Under the pieces are notes generated by a model. That model was not told where the DNA came from and did not search any database. It worked only from the letters and a program-made list of their open reading frames with translations. Shown piece by piece: positions 60,071-64,000 of a DNA stretch of 64,000 nucleotides; position 1 is the stretch's first letter, and each line of letters starts with the position of its first letter. Position numbers and translations under genes: made by a program. Source of the stretch: an uncultured delta proteobacterium (GTDB lineage Bacteria; Desulfobacterota; Zymogenia; Zymogenales; Zymogenaceae); contig CAWBYW010000030.1 in the NCBI GenBank assembly GCA_963792965.1, positions 3,695 through 67,694 on the forward strand, in the 5' to 3' direction.

Positions 60071-60807
60071 GAGTAGTGCACCTTAACCAGATAGAGCCCG
60101 TGGGGCGGCGCCGTCATCCCCGCCCGATTTCGGTCACACGCCGTCAAGATATCGGAGAATTCAATCTCGGTTGTTCTCCCTCGTCCCACCCGGACGATCG
60201 TGCCGATGATGGCGCGCACCATATGTCTCAGGAACGCGTTGGCGCCGATCTCGAACCGGATTATGTCGCCCGGGAGCCTGTCTACGCAAAAAGACGTTAC
60301 CTCCCGCATAGTGCTCGTGTTTTCTTCGTCATGCCCCGCGAAAGAGGCGAAATCATGGAGACCCACAAGAACCGAGCCCGCCCGCCGCATGGCATCGACA
60401 TCGAGGACCGCGTGAAGGTGCCAGACATACCGGCGCATAAAGGGGGACACTACGGGGCCGGTATAGACGAGGTATCGATAGACCCTACGGATCGCGGATC
60501 TTCGTGAGTCAAACGAATCGGGGACCTCACCGACGTCAAGGATCCGAACGTCCGGCGGGAGCAGTGCATTGAGGGCCCTTTTGACCGCCGCGCATTCGAT
60601 GCGGGCCTCGGTCCTGAAGTTCGCCGTCTGCTCCAGCGCGTGTACTCCCGCGTCGGTTCTTCCTGACCCGGTGACCCTCACGTCATGGGCCAGGATTGTC
60701 GAGAGGGCGGCCTCGATGGCCCCCTGGACCGTCCTGTCGTGCGGCTGATACTGCCACCCCGAAAAGTGAGTTCCCTCGTAGGAAAGGGTCAGCCGTATGT
60801 TCCTCAT
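60067..60807 (-). CDS. truA: tRNA pseudouridine(38-40) synthase TruA
   Basis: MRNIRLTLSYEGTHFSGWQYQP...VTGSGRTDAGVHA contains the catalytic Asp motif. Confidence 0.95.
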   Translation of the reverse strand: MRNIRLTLSYEGTHFSGWQYQPHDRTVQGAIEAALSTILAHDVRVTGSGRTDAGVHALEQTANFRTEARIECAAVKRALNALLPPDVRILDVGEVPDSFDSRRSAIRRVYRYLVYTGPVVSPFMRRYVWHLHAVLDVDAMRRAGSVLVGLHDFASFAGHDEENTSTMREVTSFCVDRLPGDIIRFEIGANAFLRHMVRAIIGTIVRVGRGRTTEIEFSDILTACDRNRAGMTAPPHGLYLVKVHYS

Positions 60808-60808
60808 A

Positions 60809-61606
60809 TCAGATGAAGAAAAAGGGAACCATAAGCGCTATGACGATGATCGAGATGAGGTCCCACCTGGTAAACGTGATCTCACGGTAGCTCGTGCGCT
60901 CTTTCCCCGTGGCGTATCCCCGCGAGATCATCGCCACCGCAAGGTCGTCGGCCCGCATGAACGAGAGATGAAACAGCGGTATCAGGATCGGCACGAGCTT
61001 CCTCGCACGTGAGATGAGCCCCCCCTTCTCGAAGTCGATACCCCGGGACTTCTGTGCGTTGATGATCCTTTGCGATTCAAGCAGGAGTATGGGCACAAAC
61101 CTGATAGTCAGCATCATCATCATGACGAAGTCATCGACCGGCGCCCGAAAGGCCTTCAGGGGAGACAGCACTCGCTTGAGGGCGGTGGTCAGTTCAAGCG
61201 GCGTGGTGGTGAGGGTCAACAGAGATGAAAGGACGATAATCAACAGGATCCTGGTCGATACGATCAGCCCGTTGATCAACCCCTGCCAGGTGACGTTAAT
61301 GAAGCCGATGGGAAAAGGAGGTATCGAGCGCCCCGGTGTAAAGAAAAGGTGTGCCGCCGCGGCGAAGAGGAAGAGCCATACGAAAGGGAGGACACCCTTC
61401 AGGACGAAGTAAGCGGGGACACGAGACATCCTGATGACCAGCAGAATGAAAAGTCCCATGAGGACAAACGGGAGCGCCGTGGAAATGAAAAAGACCGAAA
61501 TCATCAACAGCATCAACGAAACAAATTTCGTGCGCGGATCCAGCCGATGGATAAAGGAATCGATCGGCATATACTGTCCGAGGGTTATGTCCTGGAGAAA
61601 TTTCAT
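60809..61606 (-). CDS. ecfT: Energy-coupling factor transporter transmembrane component EcfT (CbiQ family)
   Basis: Shows SFIHRLDPRTKFVSLMLLMI and the C-terminal ARKLVPILIPLFHLSFMRADDLAVAMISRGY, typical of EcfT. Confidence 0.85.
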   Translation of the reverse strand: MKFLQDITLGQYMPIDSFIHRLDPRTKFVSLMLLMISVFFISTALPFVLMGLFILLVIRMSRVPAYFVLKGVLPFVWLFLFAAAAHLFFTPGRSIPPFPIGFINVTWQGLINGLIVSTRILLIIVLSSLLTLTTTPLELTTALKRVLSPLKAFRAPVDDFVMMMMLTIRFVPILLLESQRIINAQKSRGIDFEKGGLISRARKLVPILIPLFHLSFMRADDLAVAMISRGYATGKERTSYREITFTRWDLISIIVIALMVPFFFI

Positions 61607-61615
61607 ACGTCCGGA

Positions 61616-63895
61616 TCACTTCTTTGCGGCACTGATCGATGTGAGAACCCAGGTTGTGGAATTCTTGTTCCATGCATAGACGAAAATGGATTTTTCGGTC
61701 TCGAGTCTCATGAAGACGACGTTATATCTTTTTGCCTGTTCTTGCCCGTCTCCCGACAGAGTCAGGTCGACGCGGGAGACGGTCTTGTAGATATGATAGC
61801 GCATAAACGACGAGATATCGTCGACATCGGCGACTTTTCTTTCCTCGATATAGTGTGAAAGCAGCAGGAACATGATTAGGTTGTCACCCGTCAGGGTGGG
61901 CCGATTCTTCCGCTCACCCTCGAGGACCCTGAAGTTTTCCTTTTCTGCCTTGATTTCCTTTTCGGCGATCTTGTTTTCCGTGACGAGCCGTATTCTCTCC
62001 TGTTCAAGCTCCTTGATATTCTCATCGACCGTGTCGAGCCAGACGGCATCATTGAGCATGTTTTGGTATTGCTGCCGAATATTCCTCAGCTTTGTGTCAT
62101 AGGTTGACTTTCTCTTATCGTACTGTGGCTTGAGCTTGGAGTACTCCTTCGACAGGTCCTCAAGCTCCATCTTGTTGGCCATATACCCGGGGTCATTGCC
62201 CCCGGTCCCGTAGATCGTCTCGTATTCGGTTATTCGCTTCTTGGCGTCCGCCATGTCCTGCTCAAGCTGTGTGACTTTGTCCTCAAGGTTCTTGAAGTCG
62301 TCCTTGAAAGCTTTCACTTCCTTCTGATACTCCTGCTCGATCGAGGCGGGGTCAAGCCGGTTTTTTTGCTGCAGATCGATATATTTCTTCTTATCCGCGT
62401 TGAGCGTTACCATGGTTTCGTCGATTTCGGAGATCCGCTCCTGGTTCGTCTTGAACGTTATCTCCTGGTCACCGAGCGAATTCTTTGCCTCTTCATAGGC
62501 AATCTCTTCGGAAAAGCTGCTCTTGAACGTTTCGAGCATCTTCTTGAGATTCCCCGAGCTCACCTCGGACTCTTTTGACGAGTCGACAAAATCCCAAGCC
62601 GAGAGGGAAAAACCCGGAGCAAAGGGAGAGGCGATTTTCGAATTCAGTCCGTCTTTCTTAATACCGTAAAAGACCCTGTTGACGCCGCTGTCCATATCCT
62701 CGACCGAGGGACGCGTCTGTGGGAGCGCGAGCCATGAGACCAGGAGGATAATGATGACTGCAACGATTGGAACGGCGATTTTGATCAGCTTTGCGAAGAT
62801 TTCGAAGGGAGAGACCTTGTAGAAATATCTCCCCATGGGAAGCCGTGCAACGAACTTTCCGGTGGAAACGGCGACTTCCTTTCGGCTGTCGTTCATCACC
62901 ACTTTCGCCGGGGCGGGCCCACCTTTCAGCCCCGCGGAGAAATCCGGTCCGACCGGCGCGCCGCCCCGATCCCCCCACGCCCCTGCCCGGGGAGGCATCC
63001 CCGCACCGCCGGAGGAAGCCGCCCGTCCTCCTATCTCCAGCTCGTCCCCGAGGCTGGTGATAAAGGACTCCCGATCGGCGGTCTCTCCTCCCTTCGTGTC
63101 GACGGAAAAAACGTCCGCCACCGTTCCCTCGATGGCTTCCACCGCCGAAGAGAATTCCCCTTCCTTGGCCGAGCCCGCGTCTTCGGCGCCGATTCGGGAC
63201 TCATCGATAGTGATCGTGAGATCCTCGGCGAGCGCAGTGACTTTTTCTTCAGGGTGTGATCCGTCGGCGATGTTGCGCTTGAGCAGGTGATCCTCGAGTA
63301 CCTCTTCTTCTCCCTCTTGTACCCCGATCACGACCTCCATATCGTCATCGGAATATCGCTCCCGCTCAAGGAAGGTGCCTTTCTTGTCTTCCCGATCATC
63401 GAGCTCAACGGTAACTTCAACATCATCGGCGGAATCCTGTGCGCGGTCGCCGCCCATGATGTCATCGACCTCGAATTCGACCTCTTCCCCGGATCCCACC
63501 CCGCTGGATTCGCGAGTGACATCCTCCTCCGACTCGTCGATCTCGCCCTGGAGGTAATAGAGGACCTTCTCGGTGGTGTTCCTGTTTCCGATGATGGCGG
63601 TCCCGATTCCGGGAGAGTCGTGGAAGTGCTTTGCGAGAAAGAGCAACACATCCGACTGGGTCGAGTCGTCGGAGGCGATTTCCATGAGGGACGGCTCATC
63701 GAGGTGTAGGATCGATTTCTTCGCCTCGACCCGGACCATCAGATCGGGATCGACGACGAGCCGTGCGAGTGTTCTTGGGGGGGTCGACGTGTCCTCGAAG
63801 GTCAGCCCCTTGGCAAGCTTGAGGCGCTCCTCTTTCGAGAACGTCCCCTTCTCGAGCGACGCAAGGTATTTCGTATCCCGATCGTTTTGAGCCAT
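61616..63895 (-). CDS. Large hypothetical membrane protein (helical N-domain, acidic low-complexity region, one TM helix, long coiled coil, globular C-domain)
   Basis: This 759-aa uninterrupted ORF has a D/E-rich segment at about residues 120-260 and a G/A/P-rich linker. The single TM helix is IAVPIVAVIIILLVSWLAL. A K/E-rich heptad-like region spans about residues 480-660. I recognise no family. Confidence 0.6.
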   Translation of the reverse strand: MAQNDRDTKYLASLEKGTFSKEERLKLAKGLTFEDTSTPPRTLARLVVDPDLMVRVEAKKSILHLDEPSLMEIASDDSTQSDVLLFLAKHFHDSPGIGTAIIGNRNTTEKVLYYLQGEIDESEEDVTRESSGVGSGEEVEFEVDDIMGGDRAQDSADDVEVTVELDDREDKKGTFLERERYSDDDMEVVIGVQEGEEEVLEDHLLKRNIADGSHPEEKVTALAEDLTITIDESRIGAEDAGSAKEGEFSSAVEAIEGTVADVFSVDTKGGETADRESFITSLGDELEIGGRAASSGGAGMPPRAGAWGDRGGAPVGPDFSAGLKGGPAPAKVVMNDSRKEVAVSTGKFVARLPMGRYFYKVSPFEIFAKLIKIAVPIVAVIIILLVSWLALPQTRPSVEDMDSGVNRVFYGIKKDGLNSKIASPFAPGFSLSAWDFVDSSKESEVSSGNLKKMLETFKSSFSEEIAYEEAKNSLGDQEITFKTNQERISEIDETMVTLNADKKKYIDLQQKNRLDPASIEQEYQKEVKAFKDDFKNLEDKVTQLEQDMADAKKRITEYETIYGTGGNDPGYMANKMELEDLSKEYSKLKPQYDKRKSTYDTKLRNIRQQYQNMLNDAVWLDTVDENIKELEQERIRLVTENKIAEKEIKAEKENFRVLEGERKNRPTLTGDNLIMFLLLSHYIEERKVADVDDISSFMRYHIYKTVSRVDLTLSGDGQEQAKRYNVVFMRLETEKSIFVYAWNKNSTTWVLTSISAAKK

Positions 63896-63901
63896 TACCC
63901 C

Positions 63902-64000
63902 TTACATGTAATGGGTTATATAATACTCGGCGATCTGCACGGCGTTAAGCGCGGCCCCCTTGCGTATGTTGTCGGAAACGATCCACATATTGAGTCCGGA
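63902..64000 (-). CDS. asd: Aspartate-semialdehyde dehydrogenase, C-terminal 32 codons (5' part lies outside the window)
   Basis: Manual minus-strand translation gives [32 protein letters not shown]-stop. [18 protein letters not shown] is the conserved Asd C-terminus. Confidence 0.8.
   Translation of the reverse strand, partial: SGLNMWIVSDNIRKGAALNAVQIAEYYITHYM

Overview
This is a high-GC (about 60%) chromosomal segment from a diderm bacterium. The gene content looks deltaproteobacterium- or Nitrospirota-like, but the taxon cannot be resolved from sequence alone. I support about 53 protein genes. I found no rRNA or tRNA genes, no CRISPR array, and no transposase, integrase or phage genes, so this reads as core genome rather than an accessory island.

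Layout:
- 1-12.5 kb: one long, translationally coupled minus-strand envelope-glycan/LPS-core operon. It holds GT4, an AsnB-type amidotransferase, a fused double WaaP/Kdo kinase, two purple-acid-phosphatase-like metallophosphoesterases, GT-B, GT4, a DegT aminotransferase, GT2 and a GT9 heptosyltransferase.
- 12.7-25.3 kb: small exported proteins, ComF, an orphan TAXI binding protein, a C45-like hydrolase, two tandem acyl-CoA ligases, CreD, and a D-amino-acid enzyme with an APC permease.
- 25.4-31.9 kb: thioredoxin and envelope genes (CPBP protease, YhhN, HldC, AsmA, DUF2520).
- 32-36.3 kb: a PAS kinase and NtrC-type activator next to a near-consensus sigma-54 promoter that drives a REC-PATAN-TPR protein and a Roadblock/LC7 protein.
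- 36.4-47 kb: an HDAC-family deacetylase, a third acyl-CoA ligase, AddB/AddA-type helicase-nuclease genes, and an exported bactofilin-like membrane protein.
- 47-64 kb: asnS, a PpiC-type isomerase, groES-groEL with a perfect CIRCE operator, RNase G with a fused radical-SAM protein, DUF488, bioY-truA-ecfT, a 759-aa acidic/coiled-coil membrane protein, and the 3' end of asd.

The most striking sequence-level property is at least 19 reading-frame breaks in nine otherwise full-length conserved genes: asnB-like, the histidine kinase, one ligase, addB (six breaks), asnS (three), ppiC, groEL, bioY and one hypothetical. Several breaks sit in short homopolymers. This points either to indel errors in the assembly or to very recent pseudogenisation.

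I did not find a clear-cut new defence or mobile system. The best candidates for follow-up are the sigma-54-wired PATAN/Roadblock module and the kinase/phosphoesterase block in the glycan operon.
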